Assembly (NCBI GenBank): GCA_965204745.1
Contig: OZ242010.1
Location: 1,280,001-1,344,000, forward strand
DNA: 64,000 nucleotides
Direction of reading: 5' to 3'
From: Candidatus Latescibacterota bacterium
GTDB taxonomy: Bacteria; Latescibacterota; UBA2968
The notes under the pieces were generated by a model, which saw only the letters and a program-made list of their open reading frames with translations, had not been told where the DNA came from and made no database searches. Below are positions 18,492 to 28,339 of the stretch, one piece after another. Both the position numbers and the translations under genes were made by a program. Numbering within the stretch: the stretch's first letter is position 1; every line of letters begins with the position of its first letter.

Positions 18492-20954
18492 GTGGATGCG
18501 TCAATTACCGTCGGTTATGGGGATCGGGTGGGGATGGATGAGCGGCATGTTTATCCGCGCTATATGGGGTTTCGGCCAGCAGATGGTCAGGTGTGCGAGG
18601 TGAATCCGCCCAGGTTGAGTTGGCCGTTTGATCCGAATATCATCCCCCAAGGGCCTCTGCCGGCAGGGCGGAGGTTTAGGTTGCTGATTGGGCGCACGCC
18701 CGAGTTGAAAGATCCGGTGGTGGATGTGAAGCGGACGCCGTACAATTTTTACAACGCGCTGCCGGTCTTGAGGCCCGGGCGCGAGTGGTTCTGGCGAGTG
18801 ATTTACGATGTGGAAACGCCCGATGAGCAGGCGAGTGCGGTGAGGCGTTTTGAACTTTCGGCCGATGCGGTGGCATGGGATCGCACGGCGATAGAACGAG
18901 CGGTGAGCGGGCATCCGAGGATCATTTTCACGCCTGAGAATCTGCACGCGCTGCGCGAGTTTCAAGACGGGGATGTGGAATGTGCGGAAATTGCGAGGCA
19001 GGCGATTCGCCTTGCGGACGAGACCCTGAAGGCAGACTGGTTTGTGGATTTTCCAGCGTCTGATGCGGCTGTGGGGCCTTTTGCATTCCCGTATATCTAT
19101 CCCGAATACGCGCAGTTGCTCGCGAATATGGCTTTTGCGTATATGCTCACGGGCGATGAAAAGTACCTGGGGATGAAAAGCCGGTTGTTGACGATGGCGC
19201 GTTATGAACCCGGGGGATATTCCTCGCCCGAGGGCTTTGGGAAAGGCGAAAAGTTTTGTACGAAGATCACGGAGTTTATGGGCGTGTGCTTTGACTGGCT
19301 ATACCCCATTCTCTCTGACGATGAGCGCGAGACGATCATCCACGCGCTGGATTGGCGCATCGCGCATACCATGAATGAATATTCATGGTTGCACAAAGGC
19401 GAAGTTCGCGCAAAGGGCATTGCCGTGGCGCCGACTTCTCATGCGTGGGAAAATATCACTTGGACCCTGTCAGGCGCGCTGGCGGTTGCAGAGCATTCGC
19501 GTGTTGCGCGGCAATTTTTGGAACTCGGCCTGCACTATGTCACGGGCGTGGGGACTGGGTTTGGGCCGGACGAGGGATGGAACGAAGGCGTGTCTTACAG
19601 CACTTGGAAGTTCTATTCTTTGGTCGCCACGTCGCTCTACGTCGCGATGACCCTTCCGGACCTGCACTTGGAACGCAATCCGTTTTACCGGGGGATGGGG
19701 ACGTTTCTCTTGAATCTGGCACCCGTGGGGGTCGTGCGGCCCGCGTGGGGCGATATTGCGTTTCAGTATCGCTATCACGAGCGCGGGCAACACGCTTATC
19801 GCAGAAAGCTGGCCTATTTGACCGGCGATGGGCGCGTGTTGACCGCGTGGAAGGAGTGGAAACGGGTGTTGGCAACGGGCGAGGTGCAACCCTTGAACTT
19901 GGGAGAACCGAATATCGCCGAGGTCACGGATTACCCCCGCCCGTGGATCGAATACGCGCTGAAACACTTTTTTCCCGAGCCAAAGGCGGCATCCAAACCG
20001 CCGCGCACGCACTTCTCGCCGGTTGCCGGCTGGGCGATGGGCCATTCAGAGCCGCCGGAGAAGCTCGAGTCGTTCCGCCGGGGCGTGGGGTTCGTGTTCA
20101 CTTGCCGACCGCGTGGGGGATATAGCCACAGCCACAGGAGCAATGGCGGGTTCGAGTTATTTGCTTATGGAAAGACCATTGCCACGGGCGGGGGCAAGCG
20201 GAGCAACCGGGATCGCGTGTCGCGGTCGAGCCAGTCGCACAATGTGGTGTTGATCGATGGCGAAGGACAGCGCGAGGTGCCCGGATCGGCTGACTTGCCA
20301 AACGCGGGGCGCGTTGTGGGATGGAAAGAGACGCGGGAAATGGTGTACGTGTGCGGCGATGTGCGAAATGCCTATCTCGAGCAGGCCAATCTCGCGCGGT
20401 TTTACCGGCATTTCTCGTTCGTCAGGGATCGCTACTTTGTCGTGTTCGACGATCTCGCGCTCGCCTCGGGGACCGCGGTGTTTTCGTGGTTGTATCACGT
20501 TCAACCAGATGTGCCTGTGGCGATGTCGGAAGCCGGTTTCGCGTATGCTGTTGGGGATGTGCGGGTGCAGGTGCATCACTTCGGGGAGACCGGGCCGCTG
20601 AAGGTGGAGAATATGCGCGGCGAAAAAGCGTATCGCAATCCCATTACCGGTGCGGATTTGTACGGTGAAATTGAAGCCAAAGTGAAACATTCCAAAACAG
20701 AGGAAATTTGGAATGGCACGCCGCAGGTCCACAACAATCTCTGGTTATCGACCAAACCGCGCCGCGAAGCCAAATTTCTCGCGGTGATCGTGCCGCATCG
20801 GGAAGGCGAGCCCACGCCGCGCGTGCGAAAAATCGCGCCAGATGTGATCGGCGTGTCTCTGCGAGCGGGGATGGAAGATGTGATCGCCTTTGGAAAACCG
20901 CGGCAAGGCGCGTTTGCGAGCATTGATTACAAGGCGATGCGCGTGGCGGAGTGA
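18492..20954 (+). CDS. Heparinase II/III-like (DUF4962-type) polysaccharide lyase
   Basis: NPPRLSWP, HPRIIF, DEGWNEGVSY, SHSH.SNGGFELFAYG, SHNVVLIDGEGQ, WLYH. Confidence 0.75.
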   Translation: MDASITVGYGDRVGMDERHVYPRYMGFRPADGQVCEVNPPRLSWPFDPNIIPQGPLPAGRRFRLLIGRTPELKDPVVDVKRTPYNFYNALPVLRPGREWFWRVIYDVETPDEQASAVRRFELSADAVAWDRTAIERAVSGHPRIIFTPENLHALREFQDGDVECAEIARQAIRLADETLKADWFVDFPASDAAVGPFAFPYIYPEYAQLLANMAFAYMLTGDEKYLGMKSRLLTMARYEPGGYSSPEGFGKGEKFCTKITEFMGVCFDWLYPILSDDERETIIHALDWRIAHTMNEYSWLHKGEVRAKGIAVAPTSHAWENITWTLSGALAVAEHSRVARQFLELGLHYVTGVGTGFGPDEGWNEGVSYSTWKFYSLVATSLYVAMTLPDLHLERNPFYRGMGTFLLNLAPVGVVRPAWGDIAFQYRYHERGQHAYRRKLAYLTGDGRVLTAWKEWKRVLATGEVQPLNLGEPNIAEVTDYPRPWIEYALKHFFPEPKAASKPPRTHFSPVAGWAMGHSEPPEKLESFRRGVGFVFTCRPRGGYSHSHRSNGGFELFAYGKTIATGGGKRSNRDRVSRSSQSHNVVLIDGEGQREVPGSADLPNAGRVVGWKETREMVYVCGDVRNAYLEQANLARFYRHFSFVRDRYFVVFDDLALASGTAVFSWLYHVQPDVPVAMSEAGFAYAVGDVRVQVHHFGETGPLKVENMRGEKAYRNPITGADLYGEIEAKVKHSKTEEIWNGTPQVHNNLWLSTKPRREAKFLAVIVPHREGEPTPRVRKIAPDVIGVSLRAGMEDVIAFGKPRQGAFASIDYKAMRVAE

Positions 20955-21766
20955 TCGCGATTGAGGATATTTGCAATGCTGTCGAGGTAGGCTTTGAGAG
21001 ATAATCCGTGGCTTTGTGCCAAAATCTCTAAAGTGCGAACCCGCGTGCGTTCGCCCTTTTCAATTCTCCGTACCTGACGCTCTGAAAGCCCCGCAATATC
21101 GGTTTGTCTGAGGTTGTATTTTTTTCGCAATGCGGCAACGGCCTCTCCAAACCGGCTATCGTATATCAGTCTTTCTCGATCCTTTTTTTGACGCCACGCA
21201 ACATCCTTGACGTAGCGAATCGCATCCAGATCAAGATGCACATCTGCCTCGGGCCAAGCGATATAACTGCCCTCGCTGGAAATAAAAAATAAAGCGCGTT
21301 GCGCGATTGGAACGCGCTTTAGTGCGGGCAGTTCTTCAAAGTCAATTCTAAACAACGCATGGTTACAGGACATAACAAAGAGCGCGTTATCAATAACCTG
21401 TGCCGTGGCAATCAGTTGATCTGGACATCCCAGGCTCCAAGCCATTAACACGCGCTTTGGTACGTCTTTGTTAGAATGGACGAGAATTTGGCGGTTCATT
21501 TTCATTTTTGCCTCGTAAAGCATCTGGGGCAGAAACTGGACATTGTCATTTTCGCGAATAAAAAGGGTCCGAAGGCGATGGTGCTGATTTGCAACGCGTA
21601 CAAATTTAGCTACAGCGGTAAGGCCGGAAATTGAAGAGAGCACAAAAATATCCCGATATTTCATTTTTGCCCAATCCGGTTCCCTAAAAACATCGAAGGA
21701 ATGTGGAATGATGTCATCGCTATATGGGTCTTGCGCCCAAACGGCTATTCCCGCAGTCTTTGGCAT
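20927..21766 (-). CDS. DUF2442-like plus XRE-HTH protein with extra N-terminal domain (putative antitoxin)
   Basis: LPALKR....QR..F.ISSEGSYIAWPEADVHL, then LRQTDIAGLSERQVRRIEKG; GAGGAG RBS before ATG 21766. Confidence 0.7.
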   Translation of the reverse strand: MPKTAGIAVWAQDPYSDDIIPHSFDVFREPDWAKMKYRDIFVLSSISGLTAVAKFVRVANQHHRLRTLFIRENDNVQFLPQMLYEAKMKMNRQILVHSNKDVPKRVLMAWSLGCPDQLIATAQVIDNALFVMSCNHALFRIDFEELPALKRVPIAQRALFFISSEGSYIAWPEADVHLDLDAIRYVKDVAWRQKKDRERLIYDSRFGEAVAALRKKYNLRQTDIAGLSERQVRRIEKGERTRVRTLEILAQSHGLSLKAYLDSIANILNRDHSATRIAL

Positions 21767-21768
21767 GT

Positions 21769-22047
21769 TTAGCTCCTCGTCTTTACTTTGTTTTCCCACT
21801 CGACATAAAGTGCATCTCGGTGTTGAAGCACCCGATTTAAGATATCCCTTTGCTCTTTGCCCGAAGGCCCTTCTCCGCTACGGGGAAATTTCACATTGAA
21901 GACCAACTCGCGTTCTGTACAGAGACCGAAAAAAACGCGAATCTCCCATTTATCCGGTTTGCGTGCATGAAAATGAGGCGGTTCGTGATCCGAGGAATGG
22001 AACCACAGGTCTAGACCCGCCAAGCGAAAGCAATCCAATTTTCCCAA
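21769..22047 (-). CDS. DUF4160-family protein (putative toxin)
   Basis: FHSSDHEPPHFHA and C-terminal L..EW; TTG start 22047 with AGGAG RBS. Confidence 0.75.
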   Translation of the reverse strand: MGKLDCFRLAGLDLWFHSSDHEPPHFHARKPDKWEIRVFFGLCTERELVFNVKFPRSGEGPSGKEQRDILNRVLQHRDALYVEWENKVKTRS

Positions 22048-22553
22048 AATATCGCTCCTATTGGTTTGGAGAAATGTATTCAAAACCGGCCAATAAATCA
22101 ATACCGTAAATTCAAAAAATGTCCGATGCAACGCGGGTTGTGGCGAAATGTCACAACCCCGTTTTTTTGTGAAAATATTTATCGTTTTGAAACCTTTAAG
22201 TGCAAGGCGTGTATCTAAGACGTAACAGAGGATGGGTGGTACGCGTCGATTCGGAAGATGGCTGGCATAACGGACATGTTGCGATAGCCCAACTGTGAAA
22301 CTTTGTAACGACACCATGCGTTTAAGGGATGTGTCCACTCGTTGCTGATTCTGAACGGGGTTCAATCAGGGAAATCCTTGTCAGCCGCGTTCTGGGAGGG
22401 AAGATCATGGTCGCAAAATTGAAAATGCCGACAACTTGCGCCAAACCGGGCGAGGGATTTCGCTGTGCGGATGGGCATGACCGCGAGCGCGGCGAGAAAA
22501 CCATGGCCTCGAATGACGCTGTCGGAAAACGAAAAGAATGGGTGGGAGATGCG

Positions 22554-23414
22554 ATGGCAGACATGAAAACAGAGACGCGGGCCGCGGGCGATGCTTCGGT
22601 TCAGAGCTATCTGAGGGAGCTCCGCAAGTATCCGCCATTGAGCCGAGAAGAGGAACGGCAAACCCTGTGCTTGGCGAAAAAAGGCGACCGCACCGCGGCA
22701 GACAAGATCATCACGTCAAACTTGCGTTTTGTGGTCAGCGTCGCACTCGAATATCAGGGCCGGGGCGTGCCCCTCGCCGATTTGATCGCCGAGGGCAATG
22801 TCGGGCTGATGGAAGCCCTCAAGCGGTTTGATGAAAAGCGCGGGTTCAAGTTCATCAGCTATGCGGTTTGGTGGATTCGGCAGGGCATTCTCAACGCGCT
22901 CAAGCGCACATCAACCGTGGCGATGCCCGCAAATCGCCAGGAAGATATGGATCGCATGGCGCGTCGCTATGGGCAGATGAGCCAAGAGTTGGGCCGCGTG
23001 CCCACATTGGACGAAGTTGCCAGCGATATGCAGATCAGCCTCGAGCGCGCAGAGCGGGCCTTGCGCTGTGTGCGCCCAGACCTGTCGCTCTCTGCGCCCA
23101 TAGACGCGGAGGGCGAGCAGTCGCTCATGAATCTGCTCGAGGCCGATGCAGAGGATCCCGATCAGTTGGTCATAGCACGCGATCAGGCCGAGTTGGTGTC
23201 TCGATCTCTCACCGAGCTCGATCAGCGCGAGGCCGATATCATTCGCGCCTATTTTGGGCTTGAGGGGCATGAGCGCGAGAACCTGAGCGAAATCGGTCGC
23301 GCTTTGGGCCTGACCCGAGAACGCATTCGCCAGATTCGCAACCGCGCGCTGTTCAAGCTCCAGCGATATTTTCGGCGCGAAGTGCCGGGGAGCAAGGGGC
23401 AAGATTTGGTCTGA
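22554..23414 (+). CDS. RNA polymerase sigma factor, sigma70 family (RpoD/RpoS-like, lacking region 1.1)
   Basis: YLRELRKYPPLS.EEE, NLRFVVSVA, DLIAEGNVGL, KFISYAVWWIRQ, LTRERIRQI. Start uncertain (22503-22563). Confidence 0.9.
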   Translation: MADMKTETRAAGDASVQSYLRELRKYPPLSREEERQTLCLAKKGDRTAADKIITSNLRFVVSVALEYQGRGVPLADLIAEGNVGLMEALKRFDEKRGFKFISYAVWWIRQGILNALKRTSTVAMPANRQEDMDRMARRYGQMSQELGRVPTLDEVASDMQISLERAERALRCVRPDLSLSAPIDAEGEQSLMNLLEADAEDPDQLVIARDQAELVSRSLTELDQREADIIRAYFGLEGHERENLSEIGRALGLTRERIRQIRNRALFKLQRYFRREVPGSKGQDLV

Positions 23415-23548
23415 TTAGAAGAAAAAGGCGGGTGAGAGGTAAGAGGCAAGACGGGAGAAGCCACCCAACAACCCCGAAACCCGATGCACTTCGTTGGGTC
23501 GCTTGAGAGATGGGTAGTTGTACCCCGATTCGCATATATGGAGGCACG

Positions 23549-24586
23549 ATGAACAAACGCGATTTTCTGAAAACAGCCGGCATTGCCGCCGCGGCCACAG
23601 CGGTCAACGCGCCTGCGGTGATCGCGCAATCCAAGTCCCCGATCCGCTGGCGCCTGCAAACGTATGCCGGCGCCTCGCTGGCAGAGCATGTGGTCAAGCC
23701 GGCGATTGACTCGTTCAACGAGATCGCCAATGGCGACATGACGATTGAGCTGTTCACTGCGGATCAACTCGTGCCCACGCCCGACCTGTTCAACGCGCTA
23801 CAAAAGGGCATACTCGACGCGGTGCAAAGCGACGACGATTCCATGGCGTCGCCCGCGGATGTGGCGGTGTTCGGCGGGTACTTCCCGTTTGCCACGCGCT
23901 ACAGCTTGGATGTGCCGGTGCTGTTCCACCAGTACGGTTTGAAGGATATTTGGGAAGAAGCCTACGCCGAGATCGACGGCGTGACGTGGTTGAGCGCGGG
24001 GTCGTGGGATCCATGCCATTTCAACACGGTCGATCCCATCCGCAGTTTGGACGATCTCAAGGGCAAGCGCGTGTTCACCTTTCCAACCGCGGGCAAATTC
24101 CTGTCCCGTTTCGGCATCGTGCCCGTCACCCTGCCGTGGGACGAGGTCAAAGACGCGGTGCGAACCGGCGCGTTGGACGGCTTGGCTTGGTCCGGCATCA
24201 CCGAGGCGTACACCGTCGGCTGGGCAGACGTGACCCGGTACTTTTTGACCAACAACATCTCCGGCGCGTGGTGCGGGTCGTTTTTCGCCAACGCGGATTC
24301 GTGGCACGCGCTACCGGCGCACTTGCGGGAATTGTTCCGCGTTTGCATGGACAGTTCTCATTATTATCGCCAACACTGGTACTGGGGCGGCGAGGCCCGC
24401 CAGCGCGTTGCGGGCACAAAGCTCGAACTCACGTCCATCCCGGACGCTGAGTGGCGAGAAGTGGAAGCCGAAGCCCTCAAGTTCTGGGATGAGATCGCCC
24501 AAACCAGCCCCCGCGCCGCACGGGTCATCGACATCTTCAAACAATACAACGCGACCATGACAAAAGCCGGCCCTCCCTATCGCTAA
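23549..24586 (+). CDS. TRAP transporter solute-binding protein (DctP/TakP-like) with Tat-like signal
   Basis: MNKRDFLK signal; WRLQTY, ADQLVP..DLF.A, I.SLDDLKGKR. Confidence 0.85.
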   Translation: MNKRDFLKTAGIAAAATAVNAPAVIAQSKSPIRWRLQTYAGASLAEHVVKPAIDSFNEIANGDMTIELFTADQLVPTPDLFNALQKGILDAVQSDDDSMASPADVAVFGGYFPFATRYSLDVPVLFHQYGLKDIWEEAYAEIDGVTWLSAGSWDPCHFNTVDPIRSLDDLKGKRVFTFPTAGKFLSRFGIVPVTLPWDEVKDAVRTGALDGLAWSGITEAYTVGWADVTRYFLTNNISGAWCGSFFANADSWHALPAHLRELFRVCMDSSHYYRQHWYWGGEARQRVAGTKLELTSIPDAEWREVEAEALKFWDEIAQTSPRAARVIDIFKQYNATMTKAGPPYR

Positions 24587-24610
24587 ACCCAACGGCTTAT
24601 AGGGGGTGTT

Positions 24611-26116
24611 ATGGCAAGAAAAACGACGAATGGGACAGCGATAATGGCGAAGGCGAATTGGGCGAATCGCACGATCTTTGAGGGCGACAACCTCGACATT
24701 CTGCGGGGCATGAACGCCGCGAGTGTGGATTTGGTGTATCTCGATCCGCCGTTCAACTCGAATCGCAATTACGCTGCGCCGATTGGTTCGGCAGCGGCCG
24801 GTGCGGCTTTCAAAGACGCTTGGACCTTGAGTGATGTTGACGAGGCTTGGCACGGGGAAATTGCCGAGCGCGATGAGCGGTTGTACAAGGTGATTGACGC
24901 GGCCGGGGCGGTGCATGGTAAGTCGATGAAGTCCTATTTGATTTTTATGGCTGTTCGGATTTTGGAATTGCACAGCGTATTGAAGCCGACGGGGAGTCTC
25001 TGGTTGCATTGCGATCCGACGGCGAGTCATTATCTCAAACTCGCGATGGACAGTATTTTGGGAAAAGACAATTTTCGGAATGAGGTTATTTGGAAGCGCA
25101 CGTCGTCCAAGACCGCGAGCCGTAAATTGCCCGCGGTGCATGATGTGTTGTTGTGGTATGCAGGGGGCGATGAGCATACCTATCACAAGGGCTATGGGCC
25201 GCATGATCCCGGATACGTCGAGAAGTTTTATCGCTATGAAGACGAGCATGGGCGGTATCGGACGGGTGATTTGACAGCGGCGGGCGTGAGCAATGGCGAT
25301 TCGGGTCAGCCGTGGCGTGGGATCGACCCTTCGGTAATCGGGCGACATTGGGGCGCGCCGGGGACTTTTCCCGAACATGTGGCAAAACCGGGGGATTGGA
25401 AAAATATGGATACGCGGGCCAAACTCGACTATCTCGACGCCAACGGCCTCGTCCATTGGCCCCAAAAGCAGGGCGGTGTCCCGGCCTTCAAGCGGTATTT
25501 GAGCACGTCTAAGGGGGCTATCCTGACGGACGTCCTGACGGACATTCCGCCTTTGTCTGCCCGATCCAAAGAGAAGACGGGCTATCCCACACAGAAACCG
25601 CTTGCGTTGCTGGAACGGGTTATCAAAGCGAGTAGCAATCCGGGGGATGTTGTATTGGACCCATTTTGCGGTTGCGCGACGACGTGTGTAGCTGCGGAGA
25701 TGTTGGGGCGCCAGTGGGTTGGGATAGACCTAAGCCCATTGGCTGGCAAAATTGTCGTTGAGCGATTGCAAAAGGTATCCGATGAAGATGGACTGCTGAA
25801 AGGCGGCAAACTCCCGAAAGTGATCCACAGAACAGACCTTCCGCGCCGCACGGACATCGAGGAATTGCCCGATTACAGGACGCACAAGCATGTGTTGTAC
25901 GGCGAGCAAGCGGGGAATTGCAAGGGCTGTGGCGTTCACTTCCCATTTCAAAATATGACCGTTGACCACATCACGCCGCGTGCAAAAGGTGGAGGAGATC
26001 ACAAAGAGAATCTGCAACTGCTTTGCAACAGTTGCAACGCTCGCAAGGGAAGCGGCACTCAAGCCGAGTTGATCGCGCGCTTGCGCGAGGCGGGGATTTT
26101 GTATCGCACGGTTTAG
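24611..26116 (+). CDS. Beta-class N6/N4 DNA methyltransferase fused to a C-terminal HNH endonuclease
   Basis: YLDPPF (motif IV) precedes YPTQKP..LL and LDPFCGCATT (motif I); C-terminal CKGC...VDHITP.AKGG.DH.ENLQLLCNSCN. Confidence 0.88.
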   Translation: MARKTTNGTAIMAKANWANRTIFEGDNLDILRGMNAASVDLVYLDPPFNSNRNYAAPIGSAAAGAAFKDAWTLSDVDEAWHGEIAERDERLYKVIDAAGAVHGKSMKSYLIFMAVRILELHSVLKPTGSLWLHCDPTASHYLKLAMDSILGKDNFRNEVIWKRTSSKTASRKLPAVHDVLLWYAGGDEHTYHKGYGPHDPGYVEKFYRYEDEHGRYRTGDLTAAGVSNGDSGQPWRGIDPSVIGRHWGAPGTFPEHVAKPGDWKNMDTRAKLDYLDANGLVHWPQKQGGVPAFKRYLSTSKGAILTDVLTDIPPLSARSKEKTGYPTQKPLALLERVIKASSNPGDVVLDPFCGCATTCVAAEMLGRQWVGIDLSPLAGKIVVERLQKVSDEDGLLKGGKLPKVIHRTDLPRRTDIEELPDYRTHKHVLYGEQAGNCKGCGVHFPFQNMTVDHITPRAKGGGDHKENLQLLCNSCNARKGSGTQAELIARLREAGILYRTV

Positions 26117-26224
26117 GGGCAGGCTGTTGAAAAAAAGTGGTGATTGCTGACCGTCTTGACAATGGCGAGCAAATCCCGTCTCAACAAAAAAAAGAAAAAG
26201 CCCTCCTGTTTTTGCAGAAGGGCT

Positions 26225-26333
26225 TCAATTTTTTGAAGGAACGTTACCGAGACGAGGCGGTTTCTCGCCCGGCTGGAGTTGGTCGACCAGTTCCAAGCCG
26301 CATACGCGCTTCGCGACTCGAAATTGTGGTCAT
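26225..26333 (-). pseudogene. Frameshifted Phd/YefM-like antitoxin remnant
   Basis: MTTISSREARMRLG, then ELVDQLQPGEK in a shifted frame; ATGA-coupled to the upstream gene. Confidence 0.4.
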
Positions 26334-26611
26334 GGTAGATGCTCCAAAGATGAATGTTTGACGAGGGATTCGGCCATTGTCACCTCTCGAATGGCGTTCC
26401 AATTGATCACAGCAACCCACAGATTTTCTTCTTTTGAGTATTCAACCATGCCATCAACTTCCAAATCTTCGCTGTAAAGAACCAGCGATTGCCCTTGTCG
26501 TAAAGAGATTTTCTGGCATGCCAAGTCTTCCACAGTGCCAACGCAGTTCAAGCGCAACCTGCCTTGTGCATCTGCGTTGTGAAAATCGGCGAACACACTT
26601 GGTTTTTTCAT
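26330..26611 (-). CDS. Small acidic hypothetical protein (candidate antitoxin/immunity)
   Basis: 93 aa, FADFHNAD.QGRLRL...W.A.I.W; ATGA overlap with the upstream gene; lower GC. Confidence 0.7.
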   Translation of the reverse strand: MKKPSVFADFHNADAQGRLRLNCVGTVEDLACQKISLRQGQSLVLYSEDLEVDGMVEYSKEENLWVAVINWNAIREVTMAESLVKHSSLEHLP

Positions 26612-26946
26612 TTTTTTGTCTCCCGTGCAGGATTTGAAATTGTTGGCGTAAAAAGTTGACTGGCTTGATCGGGCGTCAGTCCAGTCAACGTCGCATGGTA
26701 AGGGCTTCTGCCAGAAGTCCGTACCACATTCCCGCCAGCTTTTCGGATTTCACCAGCGGTTGTTACGCCAACTTGTCCATGCGGAATTGTCCTTGCCAGT
26801 TCAGAGACGGAAACATCTTCGCCACTTTCTACGGATACCCCAGTAACCCCACTTGGATGCGTTCCGCTTCCGCGGCGAATGTCTTCTGGGCGGTTTTGAC
26901 CACCGCGAACAACAAAGGCATCATCAGAGATTTTTGCATATTCCAT
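26608..26946 (-). CDS. Small hypothetical protein with ADP-ribosyltransferase-like pattern (candidate toxin)
   Basis: 112 aa; VVRGG...GVSV...PYHATL gives R, S and H in predicted strands. Confidence 0.6.
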   Translation of the reverse strand: MEYAKISDDAFVVRGGQNRPEDIRRGSGTHPSGVTGVSVESGEDVSVSELARTIPHGQVGVTTAGEIRKAGGNVVRTSGRSPYHATLTGLTPDQASQLFTPTISNPARETKK

Positions 26947-27079
26947 TGCGCTTTGAAAAATATTACTCTCCTCGTCATTTCGGCGAAATCAAGTCCGTTC
27001 CCCAAGCTATCGGCAATTAAATTAGTGCAGACATTGCCTTGGGGCGGTGGGGCGGTCTCGCCTCTTGTATGTTGTCAGA

Positions 27080-27270
27080 AAGGGTTAATTTAGGTGTTGC
27101 GCCCTCGCATCGAGACACGCCATCTTGATGCCCTGCTCGGGGAAGGCCGGCGCCTCTTGAAGGCTATGACCTTGTAAGTAAGATAGGCCCCCCGACCGCC
27201 GAGTTGATACCGAAGAGTATCTAAGTCCATTGAGGCTGCATATACAAGACCGGTAGACTGGGCAAACAGT
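27080..27270 (+). ncRNA. Predicted IS110 bridge RNA (copy 2); boundaries approximate
   Basis: Target guides CGCCTCT (27151-27157) and AAGTAAG (27176-27182); donor guides AGAGTATCT (27214-27222) and ATACAAG (27242-27248). Confidence 0.82.
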
Positions 27271-27331
27271 CGGGACGCGAACCCGAGCGCACACCAGACC
27301 CCTTCCCCACCCCTCATCACAGGAGGCCCCG

Positions 27332-28339
27332 ATGTCGAACACTCAACCCGCTTTTGCCGGCATTGATGTCCTTGCCCACACGTTGTCCGTTGCCCTGTCC
27401 AGACCCGGACAAGGGGGCATGCAAGCCACCTTTGACAACGCGCCTCGGGCGCACAAGCACCTGTTGAAGTGGCTCACCCAGGGCGGGCGCATGGTCTCGG
27501 TCTGTCTCGAAGCGACCAGGCGTTCTAGCTTGGGGGTGGCCTTGGCCTTGCATCAGCATCGCTGTACGCAGGTCATGGTCGTCAATCCCAAAGCGATGAG
27601 CAAGTACGCTCACGCCTGCATGCAACCGGCAAAGACGGATGCGAAGGATGCGTTGTTGATCCGCGATGATGCCGAGCGCATGCCCTTTGTGCCTTGGCAA
27701 GCGCCGAGCGAGCACCGGTGCCAACTGCAAGCCCTCACCAGACGCATTGACCAACTCAAGCAGGAGATCATCCGCGAACAGAGCCGCAGCCACGCGCAGA
27801 GCGACCCCATCCGGAGCACACGGCGCATCGCACGCGATATTCAGGTGAATATTCGACCCCTCAAACGCCGCATTGCCTACTTGGAAGACCAAGCCCTCAA
27901 ACTCGTTTTGCACGACGAGACTCAAAAGCGTGCCTACCAGCACCTCTGCTCGGTGCCCGGTATCGCCCAAACGAGTGCCTTGCGACGCTTGACCGAGCTG
28001 GCCTCCTTGCCAGACGCGATGGAACCGCCCCAATGGGTCGCTCATGCAGGCCTGGATCCCAAACCCAAACAATCCGGGATGACCAACCCGGAAAGACGCA
28101 TCTCGAAAACCGGGAATAAGTACCTCCGCCATGCCCGCTCTATGCCTGCCTGGATGGCCAGCAGACACGAAGTCCATGTCAAAGCCTTCTATGACCAACT
28201 CATTGCCCGCGGCAAGAAACCTTTGCAGGCTATCGTTGCGGTGATGCGAAAATTGCTCCATGCGATCTGGGGCATGTTGCGGCATGACCAAGATTTTGAG
28301 GGCGAGAAATTCTATCGAATCGCCCCGCAATCCCCTTGA
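27332..28339 (+). CDS. IS110-family recombinase, full length but with several non-conservative substitutions
   Basis: DEDD and QSG retained; EATG>EATR, MDY>RDD and ALYM>ARSM relative to copy 1. Confidence 0.9.
   Translation: MSNTQPAFAGIDVLAHTLSVALSRPGQGGMQATFDNAPRAHKHLLKWLTQGGRMVSVCLEATRRSSLGVALALHQHRCTQVMVVNPKAMSKYAHACMQPAKTDAKDALLIRDDAERMPFVPWQAPSEHRCQLQALTRRIDQLKQEIIREQSRSHAQSDPIRSTRRIARDIQVNIRPLKRRIAYLEDQALKLVLHDETQKRAYQHLCSVPGIAQTSALRRLTELASLPDAMEPPQWVAHAGLDPKPKQSGMTNPERRISKTGNKYLRHARSMPAWMASRHEVHVKAFYDQLIARGKKPLQAIVAVMRKLLHAIWGMLRHDQDFEGEKFYRIAPQSP

Noticed and set aside
26120-26228. CAGGCTGTTGAAAAA possible IS end plus hairpin
   Set aside because: No partner end or transposase found; too short to call.
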